Of a stretch of 32,000 bases of DNA, positions 1 to 8,126 are shown one piece after another. The stretch's first letter is position 1; each line of letters begins with the position of its first letter. Position numbers and translations under genes: made by a program. The notes beneath the pieces were generated by a model that was not told the origin of the DNA, made no database searches, and saw only the letters and a list, made by a program, of their open reading frames with translations. Source of the DNA: an archaeon. Lineage in GTDB: Archaea; Iainarchaeota; Iainarchaeia; Iainarchaeales; CSSED10-239. The stretch spans positions 46,702-78,701 of the forward strand of contig DAOOUC010000004.1 in the NCBI GenBank assembly GCA_035390665.1, read 5' to 3'.

Positions 1-969
1 ATTATTCTCACTTAACATTGTATTAATTGCATTATTAAGATTATCTTTTAATTCTGAATCATAAGAATATAGGGCGGTTTTTGCTAAATAAAAATCCTGT
101 CTTGCTTTTATTTTAGATGCAAATTGATCTATTGTACTATTTGGTCCTGTTCTTTCAAATTCGGATACAATTTCTTGATAAAATTGACTTGTACTAGACA
201 AATATTCAGAAATTGTTGAAATTTCTGAAGATAGATTAGATGGTGCTTCAATATAGCTTAAAATTAATCGTTTTGTTGTTTCATCTAGTGTTTTATCTGC
301 TACAACAACCTCAATTATGTTGTTTATAGAGTCTTTGTAATTAACAGATTCTGAAATTAGTTTATTATATCCAGAAAATGACGTTTTATACAACTGTAAT
401 ATAGAATCCACTTTTTTACAATCTGCTGTATCTAAAAACACTGTTTGTTCTTTTTGTAATTTTACTAAATTTTTATAAAGAACATCTAATTGTGAAATTA
501 AAGAATCAACCTTTGATTTAGTTTCTGTGGTTCTTTGATTTATTGTAGTTGAATAATTGGATTTGATAATTCCGTCATATTTTGCACTTTTTGATTTTAA
601 TATGGTATTTAGATTATCTATTCTATCTAATAATTGCTGAGAAAGATAATTATTTCCTGATTTTGTATTTATTTGTCTATAAAGTTGTGCTGTTCTTAGA
701 ACATTTTTAGTGTTTTCGTTTGTTTGGTATAATACATTACCATTATTTGATTCTACTGGAATAAAGAAATTTAATGCCCCTTTTCCATCTACAATTCCAA
801 TCATATAATATTCATTAGAATCGCATTTTACATAATAAAAAGAAGAATCAATGAATTCATTAGATTGCATATATTCTTTTGCAACATCTTGTGCATTATA
901 TAATGATATACCATTAACCATTGGTAAAATAAAAATAATAAATATAAATATAAATTTTAAATTTTTCAT
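1..969 (-). CDS. Partial CDS (open at the left window edge): secreted/anchored coiled-coil protein of unknown function, starting MKNLKFIFIFIIFILPMVNGISLYNAQDVAKEYMQSNEF
   Basis: Hand translation from ATG at 969 is open for 323 codons to position 1. N-terminal hydrophobic signal-like segment followed by a long polar, helical region. Absent from the ORF track, probably because it has no stop inside the window. Confidence 0.8.
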   Translation of the reverse strand, partial: MKNLKFIFIFIIFILPMVNGISLYNAQDVAKEYMQSNEFIDSSFYYVKCDSNEYYMIGIVDGKGALNFFIPVESNNGNVLYQTNENTKNVLRTAQLYRQINTKSGNNYLSQQLLDRIDNLNTILKSKSAKYDGIIKSNYSTTINQRTTETKSKVDSLISQLDVLYKNLVKLQKEQTVFLDTADCKKVDSILQLYKTSFSGYNKLISESVNYKDSINNIIEVVVADKTLDETTKRLILSYIEAPSNLSSEISTISEYLSSTSQFYQEIVSEFERTGPNSTIDQFASKIKARQDFYLAKTALYSYDSELKDNLNNAINTMLSENN

Positions 970-971
970 GA

Positions 972-1931
972 TTATCCTTTCTCTTCAAATATTTTATTAA
1001 ATATGGATACAAATAATGCATATACTAAAAATATAATACTTAGATAAGTATAAATAAAAGAAGACAAAAAAAGCATAAAGATTATAGCAAAGAAATTTTC
1101 AATTAAAATCATAATAGGTATGCTTTTTATTGTATCCATTACTTTAATTTTTACTTCTGTAGAATTAAGATTAGGATACAATTCTTCTATTTCTGAATTT
1201 GTTTTATTTTCTAGTGATTTATCATACAAATCATTTAAATATTCAGTAAATGCAATAGATTCTCGGTCTGTTTTTTTTTCTAGTGACTTAAATTGATTAG
1301 ATGATTTTAGGTGCTCTAGGTTAGCTTTTGTACACTGCGCACTTATTGTATATGATGTACCAATCCAAGGTCCTAAATCATCTGCAACAAATAATCCTAC
1401 CATTCCCGCTTCCATTTTTTCTGCATTTTCTTTTTGGTGTGGTAATATATAGAATGTGCCTGCTAAAAAAACAGCAATCAAGATAAACATTGTTAATTTT
1501 GATAATTGAGAACTTGATAGCTCATATAAATTTTTATATCCTTCTTGTGCTTTGTTTCTTACTAATACTGAAATAATTCCATGAGCAATAAAATAAAGCA
1601 CTAAAAATATAATAAAAAATAAATTTGGCTTAAATAAAATCAAAGAAATTATTAAAACTAAAAATAAAGAAATGACTAGTAATTTTATACTTTCCATTAT
1701 TTCTGAATTTATTGCCATAGATATTATGATTATTGAAGTTAATGGAAAGAAAATTAAAAACAATAGAAAATTCAAAGTAAATATGGAGTTAAAAACTGAA
1801 ATCAAATCAAATACAATTAATGTATCCATTGTTAATTTAGATGAAATTAAAAAATAGATCCAAAAAAGTGTAGAAAAGACAATTAAAGATATCTTAATAA
1901 TATTCTTTGTCTTAAATAATTCTTCACTCAT
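972..1931 (-). CDS. Multi-pass membrane protein of unknown function
   Basis: 319-aa ORF with several hydrophobic segments. Overlaps the start of map by 4 nt and is followed 2 nt later by the left-edge CDS, consistent with an operon. Confidence 0.75.
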   Translation of the reverse strand: MSEELFKTKNIIKISLIVFSTLFWIYFLISSKLTMDTLIVFDLISVFNSIFTLNFLLFLIFFPLTSIIIISMAINSEIMESIKLLVISLFLVLIISLILFKPNLFFIIFLVLYFIAHGIISVLVRNKAQEGYKNLYELSSSQLSKLTMFILIAVFLAGTFYILPHQKENAEKMEAGMVGLFVADDLGPWIGTSYTISAQCTKANLEHLKSSNQFKSLEKKTDRESIAFTEYLNDLYDKSLENKTNSEIEELYPNLNSTEVKIKVMDTIKSIPIMILIENFFAIIFMLFLSSFIYTYLSIIFLVYALFVSIFNKIFEEKG

Positions 1932-2845
1932 AATATCTCATCAATTTCTACAAAATCAATTGCTTCTTTGTCATTAACAAAAAATGTTGTTTCTGCTTGG
2001 GAAACTAATGACCCTGGTTTGTCTATTAAAACCGGATATGCTGCAATTATTTGTGCTTTTAATAGCTCTCTTATTGCAACCTTTCTTTCAAAAGAAGACA
2101 TTCCTTTTCCAATCCAGAATTCTGAAAATGCAAGACCATCAAAAGTTTTTATTTCTTCTAAAAGCTTTCTTGCATTTGGATTTCTTATTGGATATTCTTC
2201 TTCAAATTTAAAAATATAAACTTGATTTCCTTCTGTTACATAACCACTTCCGGTTGTTACAAATGGTTCTACTGCAAACCAAGAATCTATATCTTTAAAG
2301 TAAATATCTAGATTGTTTTTTACATTTGGAATAGACGGATAATTGTGTGTAGTATATCTTGTTATTGTGTGCCCTGTTAGATTTGAGACAGGTTTAAAGT
2401 TATAAGATATAATTTTATTCTCTATAATTTCTCCAAGTTTTGAAATTTTTGCAGTTTTTGGATTTTTAAAAAGATAGTCTTTTGCAGAAAGTAAAGCCTC
2501 AATACTTGCTTCTCTTAATTTCTCATTTTCTTTTTTAAAAACAAATGTTTGAGATGAGTCTGTGATATATCCTTCAATTGATACACCTACATCTACCTTT
2601 AAAACATCGCTTTCTTTAACAAGCACTTGCTCTTCAGGATTATAACTATTATGTGCTGCTTCTTGATTTATTGAGAGATTTACTGGCCAAGCAGGAACTC
2701 CTCCTGCTTCTCTGATAAATGTTTCAATCTTTGTTCCTATCTCTAAAAAACTTACACCTGGTTTAACTATTTTTTTTGCAAGCTTTTGTGCTTTATTATT
2801 AATTATTCCTGATTTTTTTAAAATTTCTATTTCTTCTGCTTCCAT
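1928..2845 (-). CDS. map: Methionine aminopeptidase, type II (archaeal)
   Basis: Metal-ligand motifs are recognisable: AAHNSYNPEEQ, LKVDVGVSIEGYITDSSQTF, NLTGHTITRY, AVEPFVTTGSG, and a C-terminal AETTFFV Glu. Confidence 0.93.
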   Translation of the reverse strand: MEAEEIEILKKSGIINNKAQKLAKKIVKPGVSFLEIGTKIETFIREAGGVPAWPVNLSINQEAAHNSYNPEEQVLVKESDVLKVDVGVSIEGYITDSSQTFVFKKENEKLREASIEALLSAKDYLFKNPKTAKISKLGEIIENKIISYNFKPVSNLTGHTITRYTTHNYPSIPNVKNNLDIYFKDIDSWFAVEPFVTTGSGYVTEGNQVYIFKFEEEYPIRNPNARKLLEEIKTFDGLAFSEFWIGKGMSSFERKVAIRELLKAQIIAAYPVLIDKPGSLVSQAETTFFVNDKEAIDFVEIDEIL

Positions 2846-2852
2846 AACTCAA

Positions 2853-3317
2853 TCATTTCTTTTTACTTATAAAAAACAAAACTAAGATTCCTGCAACTAA
2901 ACCTAAAGCAATAGGCATATCAGGAACAGGAGTTTTTCTTTGCCCTTTTGAAACAGTTATCCATTTTTGCATCATGTTGTTTGAAGGGTTATTATCAGAA
3001 TTTAATATAATTGCTCTAATTAAATGTGGAGAATTTGAGGCATTGCTATCTGTTACTATAATTGTGTGAACTTTTTTAAATGTAGAATTTGCATTAACGT
3101 CTATATCTTCTAGATTATCTTCTCTTATAATTGCTCCAGAAGGAGAATAAAAATAAACATTTAAATCTAAATCTTCTGTGTTTGTTGAATTGTTTACTAA
3201 ATCAATTTCTATAGAAATATTTTTATCTTCATAAGCAACTTTAGGAATAACCAGGTCACTTATATAATAATCCTCTGCAGAAATAAAACCAAATATTAAA
3301 ATTAAAAATATAGCCAA
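2853..3317 (-). CDS. Exported beta-sandwich (CARDB-like) protein with C-terminal membrane anchor, unknown function
   Basis: N-terminal signal-like segment, Ig/CARDB-like strand pattern, and C-terminal MALGLVAGILVLFFISKKK. Confidence 0.65.
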   Translation of the reverse strand: MAIFLILIFGFISAEDYYISDLVIPKVAYEDKNISIEIDLVNNSTNTEDLDLNVYFYSPSGAIIREDNLEDIDVNANSTFKKVHTIIVTDSNASNSPHLIRAIILNSDNNPSNNMMQKWITVSKGQRKTPVPDMPIALGLVAGILVLFFISKKK

Positions 3318-3420
3318 TAATATTTTTTTTATGATTAATCACCTTATAATATTATATTTATAATAATATAATATATGTAAGGTTTATAAAAATAGCTAAT
3401 TTAAAAGAAAAAGAAAAAAA

Positions 3421-3891
3421 TCAGTTGAGTTTAGAATCATACTCTCCTGAATTAAATGCTTTTAGAGCTTCTGCTGGTGTCTTTCCATCAATATTAACAC
3501 CAAGGGATCTACAAGTTCCCATAACTTCTCTAATTGCAGTTTTCATGTTTCTTGCATTTAACTGGTTATATTTTGCTTTTGTTATCTTTAAGATTTTATC
3601 AAAAGAAATATCTCCTGCGACGACAGACCCTGCTTTCCCTGATGCGGTCTTTAAATTTAATTCCTTTTTGATTAATGCGCTTGTTAATGGTGCACCGACT
3701 TCTATTGAAAAGCTTTTATCTGTGTTAACATGTACTTTAACTGGCACTTGCATGCCTTCTAAATCTTTTGTTTTATTATTTATTTCCTTAACAACATCAA
3801 CCGTGTTAATCCCAAGTGGCCCTAAAGCTGGACCTAATGGTGGACCTGCGTTTGCTTTTCCTGCATCTACTAAAACTTTTATTGTTGACAT
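3421..3891 (-). CDS. rpl11: Ribosomal protein uL11
   Basis: GKANAGPPLGPALGPLGINTVDVVKEIN signature; C-terminal GTCRSLGVNIDGKTP. Confidence 0.98.
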   Translation of the reverse strand: MSTIKVLVDAGKANAGPPLGPALGPLGINTVDVVKEINNKTKDLEGMQVPVKVHVNTDKSFSIEVGAPLTSALIKKELNLKTASGKAGSVVAGDISFDKILKITKAKYNQLNARNMKTAIREVMGTCRSLGVNIDGKTPAEALKAFNSGEYDSKLN

Positions 3892-3907
3892 ATTTTTTTC
3901 ACATCCT

Positions 3908-4345
3908 TTAGTTTAATAATTTAATATTTTCTGCTTTCATTGTTATTGGAACTTTAACTGTTGCATCAAATAATTCAATAACAACTTCTTCTTTTGCAAC
4001 ATTTACTCTTGTTACTTTTGCTCTTGAGCCTTTAAATGGACCAAGTATTATCTCAACAGTTTGTCCTGGTTTAATTGAGCTCATTAATGGTCTAGATTCT
4101 AATATCCCAGCAATCTCTTTAATGTTGATATTACCTGTAACAATTTGCCCTCCTTTAATGTGAGGAACATTGTGTATAAGTAACTCCACTGTCTTTTCAG
4201 AGTCTGCTTCAATTAAGATATATCCTTTAAGATCTGCCATCTCTACTAAAGAAAAAACAGGAAGTCCGTCTTCTTTTATCTTGTGATATAAAATATCTAT
4301 AACAACCCTTTCTTGACCAACTGTTGTTCTAACTGTAAAAATCAT
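3908..4345 (-). CDS. spt5: Transcription elongation factor Spt5 (NusG N-terminal plus KOW)
   Basis: NGN-like domain followed by KOW motif PGQTVEIILGPFKGSRAKVTRVN; located between uL11 and SecE. Confidence 0.96.
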   Translation of the reverse strand: MIFTVRTTVGQERVVIDILYHKIKEDGLPVFSLVEMADLKGYILIEADSEKTVELLIHNVPHIKGGQIVTGNINIKEIAGILESRPLMSSIKPGQTVEIILGPFKGSRAKVTRVNVAKEEVVIELFDATVKVPITMKAENIKLLN

Positions 4346-4521
4346 ATCGCACCACTTATTATATTCATTATAAGTCTTACAATAAAGCCAATTACTCCAA
4401 TAACAACCATTCCAAGACCAACAACTTTTGCCATTGCCCAGAATTCTTTATTGCTTGGCTTTTTTGCAATCAATAATATTCTTTTTGAAGATTCAAAAAA
4501 TTCTTTTAATTTATTTGCCAT
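4342..4521 (-). CDS. secE: Preprotein translocase subunit SecE / Sec61-gamma (59 aa)
   Basis: Hand translation: MANKLKEFFESSKRILLIAKKPSNKEFWAMAKVVGLGMVVIGVIGFIVRLIMNIISGAI*. Single TM, typical Sec61-gamma layout and position. The stop overlaps the Spt5 ATG (ATGA). Not in the ORF track because it is below its length cutoff. Confidence 0.93.
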   Translation of the reverse strand: MANKLKEFFESSKRILLIAKKPSNKEFWAMAKVVGLGMVVIGVIGFIVRLIMNIISGAI

Positions 4522-4535
4522 TTTTTATCATCATT

Positions 4536-5651
4536 TTACATACTATCTATATCTAAATCAAGATTTTGTTTTTTCTTACCAATATTATTTCCAACAATGT
4601 CACTTAAGTAAGAAATATCTGCTCCTGCAATTACAGCCATAACTTTTATGGTGTTTCTTGGAACATCATCATCAACCATAGCACCCCAGATAATGTGTGC
4701 ATCAGGACTTATTCTTGATGCTACTGTTTCAACAATCAACTCTGCTTCTTTTAAAGTCATGTCTTGGCCACCTAAAACATTTACTAATGCTTTTGTGGCA
4801 TTACCTATCTCAATATCAAGCAAAGGAGAAGTTAAAGCATTCTCTACTGCTTCAATTGCTCTTGAATCATTATTGTTCTTGTGTGTTGCACTTTCGCCAA
4901 CACCAATCATTGCAAGACCACCATTTGTTAATATTGTTCTAAGATCCGCAAAATCAAGATTAATTATTCCTGCTTTTGTTACAAGTTCAATTATTCCTTT
5001 CACTGATTGAGTTAAAATCTTATCAACTTCTTGGAAAGCAATCTGTAATGGTAAATCTGGTGCAATTTCTAAAATCTTATCGTTTGGTATAATTATTAAA
5101 GTATCAACTTCTTTTTTTAATTTCTCTAAACCAGATAATGCATTTTCAATTCTTTGTTTTCCTTCAACAGCAAATGGTAAAGTTACAACACCAATACAAA
5201 GTGCTTTTTTTTCTTTAACAATCTTAGCCACTTCTGATATTGCTCCAGTTCCTGTTCCTCCACCAAGTCCACAAGTAACAAAGACCATGTCTGCATCTTT
5301 TAATACTGTTTTTATTTCTTCTTTTGATTCTTCTGCTGCAGCTCTACCAACTTCGGGGTTTGAACCTGCTCCTAATCCTCTTGTAGTTTTTTTACCGATT
5401 AGCATTTTTTTATCTGCTCTAATCTTTAATAGCGCTTGAGCATCTGTGTTCATTGCAATCATTACTGCGCCTTCGATTCCTGTTTGGTTCATCCGGTCAA
5501 GACTATTTCCACCAGAACCTCCAACACCAATAACATAAATGCTTGGTAATGATGCTCTTAAAAATTCCTCTAAGTCTTCATCGTCACTTCTTTGTACTTT
5601 CTCGCTATTTTTGTCTTGTGCAACTACTTTGCTGCTTGGTATTCCGCTCAA
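4536..5651 (-). CDS. ftsZ: Cell division protein FtsZ
   Basis: Tubulin signature GLGGGTGTG, GVGGSGGNSLDRM, NTDAQAL, T7-loop NLDFADLRTIL. Confidence 0.97.
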   Translation of the reverse strand: MSGIPSSKVVAQDKNSEKVQRSDDEDLEEFLRASLPSIYVIGVGGSGGNSLDRMNQTGIEGAVMIAMNTDAQALLKIRADKKMLIGKKTTRGLGAGSNPEVGRAAAEESKEEIKTVLKDADMVFVTCGLGGGTGTGAISEVAKIVKEKKALCIGVVTLPFAVEGKQRIENALSGLEKLKKEVDTLIIIPNDKILEIAPDLPLQIAFQEVDKILTQSVKGIIELVTKAGIINLDFADLRTILTNGGLAMIGVGESATHKNNNDSRAIEAVENALTSPLLDIEIGNATKALVNVLGGQDMTLKEAELIVETVASRISPDAHIIWGAMVDDDVPRNTIKVMAVIAGADISYLSDIVGNNIGKKKQNLDLDIDSM

Positions 5652-5787
5652 AACTATTCTCCCCCTTGTTGTCTTATCTTTATGCTCGCAAAAATTAATA
5701 TTATATAAAAAAAGATATAATATTTATAGATAAGAAACCTTTAAATATAAATCTATTTTATGTTTTATAAGGACAAAGGGATAATTT

Positions 5788-6693
5788 ATGGTAGATTTAG
5801 AAGTTTCAAGAGTGGCTAAAGACATTAAAGATATTAAGATACAAGGAGCAAGTAAGATTGAACTTGCTGCAATTAATGTTATTAAGGATTTTATAAATAG
5901 AAGTAATTTATCTGGAAATGATTTCTTGGGAGAACTTGTAATTAATATTAATCATTTAATTTCTCAAAGACCAAACGAGCCAAAGCTTAGAAATTCTTTG
6001 ACTTATATCTGGCAGGTTGCTAATAAATATTCAGAGATTAAAGACAGAAATTATCTTGTAGACTATATTGACAATTATGAGAATAATATTAGTAAAGGAA
6101 ACGAACAGATTTCTGAGTTTGCTTCTCAATTGATTACTAATGGCTCTATTATTCTTACTCATTGCCATTCTAATCTTGTAGAGCAGGCATTTAAGAAAGC
6201 TTACGACAGAGGAATTGACTTTGAGGTTTACTGTACAGAGACAAGACCTAGATTTCAAGGAAGAATTACTGCTAAGGCTTTGGCTGATTATGGAATCAAG
6301 ACAACACAGATTGTTGATTCTGCAGTTTCTGGTTATCTTAAAAAGATTGATTTTTTCTTGACAGGAGCAGATGTTGTTTTTCAAGATGGTTCTATTATGA
6401 ATAAAGTTGGAACACACACCATTAGTATTGCTGCTAAAAACTTTAAGACGCCTCATATTGTTTTAACATCAACACATTGTGTTGAAAGTGATGTTTTTGT
6501 TTCTTTAAACGAAAAGATAGAAGAAAGAGATATTGAAGAAATCTGGAAAGAAACAGACGGAAGACCAGAAAATTTAAAACTTAAAAATCCAAGTTTTGAT
6601 ATTGTTCCAAACGAATTAATTGACAAATTCATAACAGAAGAAGGAGTTTTCTCTCCTGAGACTTTAGCACTTTGGAATAGGAAAAAGAAATAA
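5788..6693 (+). CDS. Ribose-1,5-bisphosphate isomerase (eIF2B-like family, AMP / type III RuBisCO pathway)
   Basis: eIF2B-alpha/R15P isomerase family pattern: ILTHCHSNLVEQAFKKAYDRG, CTETRPRFQGRITAKAL, FLTGADVVFQDGSIMNKVGTHTISIAAK. The AMP phosphorylase gene is in the same window. Confidence 0.85.
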   Translation: MVDLEVSRVAKDIKDIKIQGASKIELAAINVIKDFINRSNLSGNDFLGELVININHLISQRPNEPKLRNSLTYIWQVANKYSEIKDRNYLVDYIDNYENNISKGNEQISEFASQLITNGSIILTHCHSNLVEQAFKKAYDRGIDFEVYCTETRPRFQGRITAKALADYGIKTTQIVDSAVSGYLKKIDFFLTGADVVFQDGSIMNKVGTHTISIAAKNFKTPHIVLTSTHCVESDVFVSLNEKIEERDIEEIWKETDGRPENLKLKNPSFDIVPNELIDKFITEEGVFSPETLALWNRKKK

Positions 6694-6713
6694 AAATTAA
6701 AAGAATTAATAAT

Positions 6714-6872
6714 CTAACTATTGTTAATCATCTTACCAAATATGAATAATATTACTGCAACAATTAGAAACCAAAACCAATTGGAATTACCAACTAACGC
6801 AAGCATTCCTGCAATTAATACTGATACAGCGGCAGTTCCGTATCCAAATGCCCCAACATTCATGTTTTTCAT
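6714..6872 (-). CDS. Small membrane protein (52 aa)
   Basis: Hand translation: MKNMNVGAFGYGTAAVSVLIAGMLALVGNSNWFWFLIVAVILFIFGKMINNS*. Two hydrophobic segments, preceded by a strong GGAGGTGA Shine-Dalgarno. Not in the ORF track. Confidence 0.7.
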   Translation of the reverse strand: MKNMNVGAFGYGTAAVSVLIAGMLALVGNSNWFWFLIVAVILFIFGKMINNS

Positions 6873-6891
6873 TATTTCACCTCCGTTATAA

Positions 6892-7086
6892 TTATTCTTC
6901 TTTTATTACTAATGAAATTACTGCAAAGACAAATGCTACTAACCCAATAACCACAACCAATACTGTAGAAAATATGTTATCAGGGAACAAAATAGTCAAT
7001 AAAAAGAAAATTGCCTGTATTACTAAAATCCACCTTATACTGTCTTTATATTTTCTGCGGTTTTTTTGTTTCATATTAGTCTCCAT
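6892..7086 (-). CDS. Small two-TM membrane protein (64 aa)
   Basis: Basic N-terminus followed by two hydrophobic helices; same-strand cluster with 7093..7845. Confidence 0.6.
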   Translation of the reverse strand: METNMKQKNRRKYKDSIRWILVIQAIFFLLTILFPDNIFSTVLVVVIGLVAFVFAVISLVIKEE

Positions 7087-7092
7087 TTACAA

Positions 7093-7845
7093 TCAATAAT
7101 CCATTGTTTCTAAATCTTGTTTTTTTGCTTTTTCAGCTTCTTCTTTTAGTTTTTTTACAGTGTCTTCAAATTCTTCTATTCTATAATATAATGTGTGGAT
7201 ATTAACTTTCATTTTTTCTTTTTCATCTGCTAATTTATAGAAAATACCTTTGTGATATCTCATATTTTTTAATCTTTCCTGACCTTCTTTTAATTGCTCT
7301 TTAAATCTCTTGATTTTATTTTCTGCTTCCATAATGTTTCTAGGCCAATATGATAATTCTTTTAAAACTTCAGAAATATGAAAATTATATTTCTTTTTTG
7401 TATCTTTTATTCCTTTTTCTACATCTTCTATTTTATCTAATATTTTTTTAAAACTGGATTTGGTAGCATATTCAGGGTATTTATCTAGATATTCTTGCAT
7501 TGCATTTATTTTTACATCATCAATGTCTGTATCCTTAAATTTTGGTTTTATTATTACTTTTGTTTTATTGGTTGCTTTTTTAGATGTAACTAGCATTTCT
7601 TTCTCGAAATTTTTTTCATCTTTCAATAAATTAAATAAATTTGTGTATAATGCGTGCTTCTCGTCTTCATCTGCAATAATGTCTTTCTTTAATTTCTGTA
7701 TAGCTGCAAGATTATCTTTTAATTTATGATTCATCATAAATAGCCAACTAACTTTTTTCTTTACATCTTCGTGTGCATAATTTAATGCATTTTGATATTC
7801 TTCTTTTATTGCCATTGCATCTTTTTTGCCGGTTATATCTACCAT
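7093..7845 (-). CDS. Coiled-coil protein; possible distant LemA-like helical-bundle protein
   Basis: 250 aa, highly charged and helical. The segment KKYNFHISEVLKELSYWPRNIMEAENK is reminiscent of the LemA YNxxVxxYNxxIxxFPxNxxA pattern (weak similarity by eye). Confidence 0.6.
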   Translation of the reverse strand: MVDITGKKDAMAIKEEYQNALNYAHEDVKKKVSWLFMMNHKLKDNLAAIQKLKKDIIADEDEKHALYTNLFNLLKDEKNFEKEMLVTSKKATNKTKVIIKPKFKDTDIDDVKINAMQEYLDKYPEYATKSSFKKILDKIEDVEKGIKDTKKKYNFHISEVLKELSYWPRNIMEAENKIKRFKEQLKEGQERLKNMRYHKGIFYKLADEKEKMKVNIHTLYYRIEEFEDTVKKLKEEAEKAKKQDLETMDY

Positions 7846-7860
7846 TTAATCACCCTCAAT

Positions 7861-8028
7861 TTATTTAAAATAATCTTTTTCTTTTATATTTTTAGGTTTT
7901 ATTTCTACTTCGAAATGTTTCAACATAACTTTTATTGCTTCTTGTTTGGTCTTTAAGTTATTCATTAATTTATAGACTTCTACAATCTTGTCTTCTTTTT
8001 CCGATAAATCTATTTGAATTTTAACCAT
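7861..8028 (-). CDS. Small DUF2683-like protein (55 aa)
   Basis: Hand translation: MVKIQIDLSEKEDKIVEVYKLMNNLKTKQEAIKVMLKHFEVEIKPKNIKEKDYFK*. Ribbon-helix-helix / DUF2683-like pattern common in archaea. Not in the ORF track. Confidence 0.7.
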   Translation of the reverse strand: MVKIQIDLSEKEDKIVEVYKLMNNLKTKQEAIKVMLKHFEVEIKPKNIKEKDYFK

Positions 8029-8126
8029 ATAATTCCCTATATTGCCATATATCTTTATAATACAAAGTATTTAAAAATACTACTTTTAATTAAAAACAGA
8101 TAAATATTAAAAAACTTTTAAAAAAA

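Noticed and set aside
3425-3916. 163-aa plus-strand ORF opposite rpl11
   Set aside because: Fully antisense to the unambiguous uL11 gene; low-complexity mirror translation.
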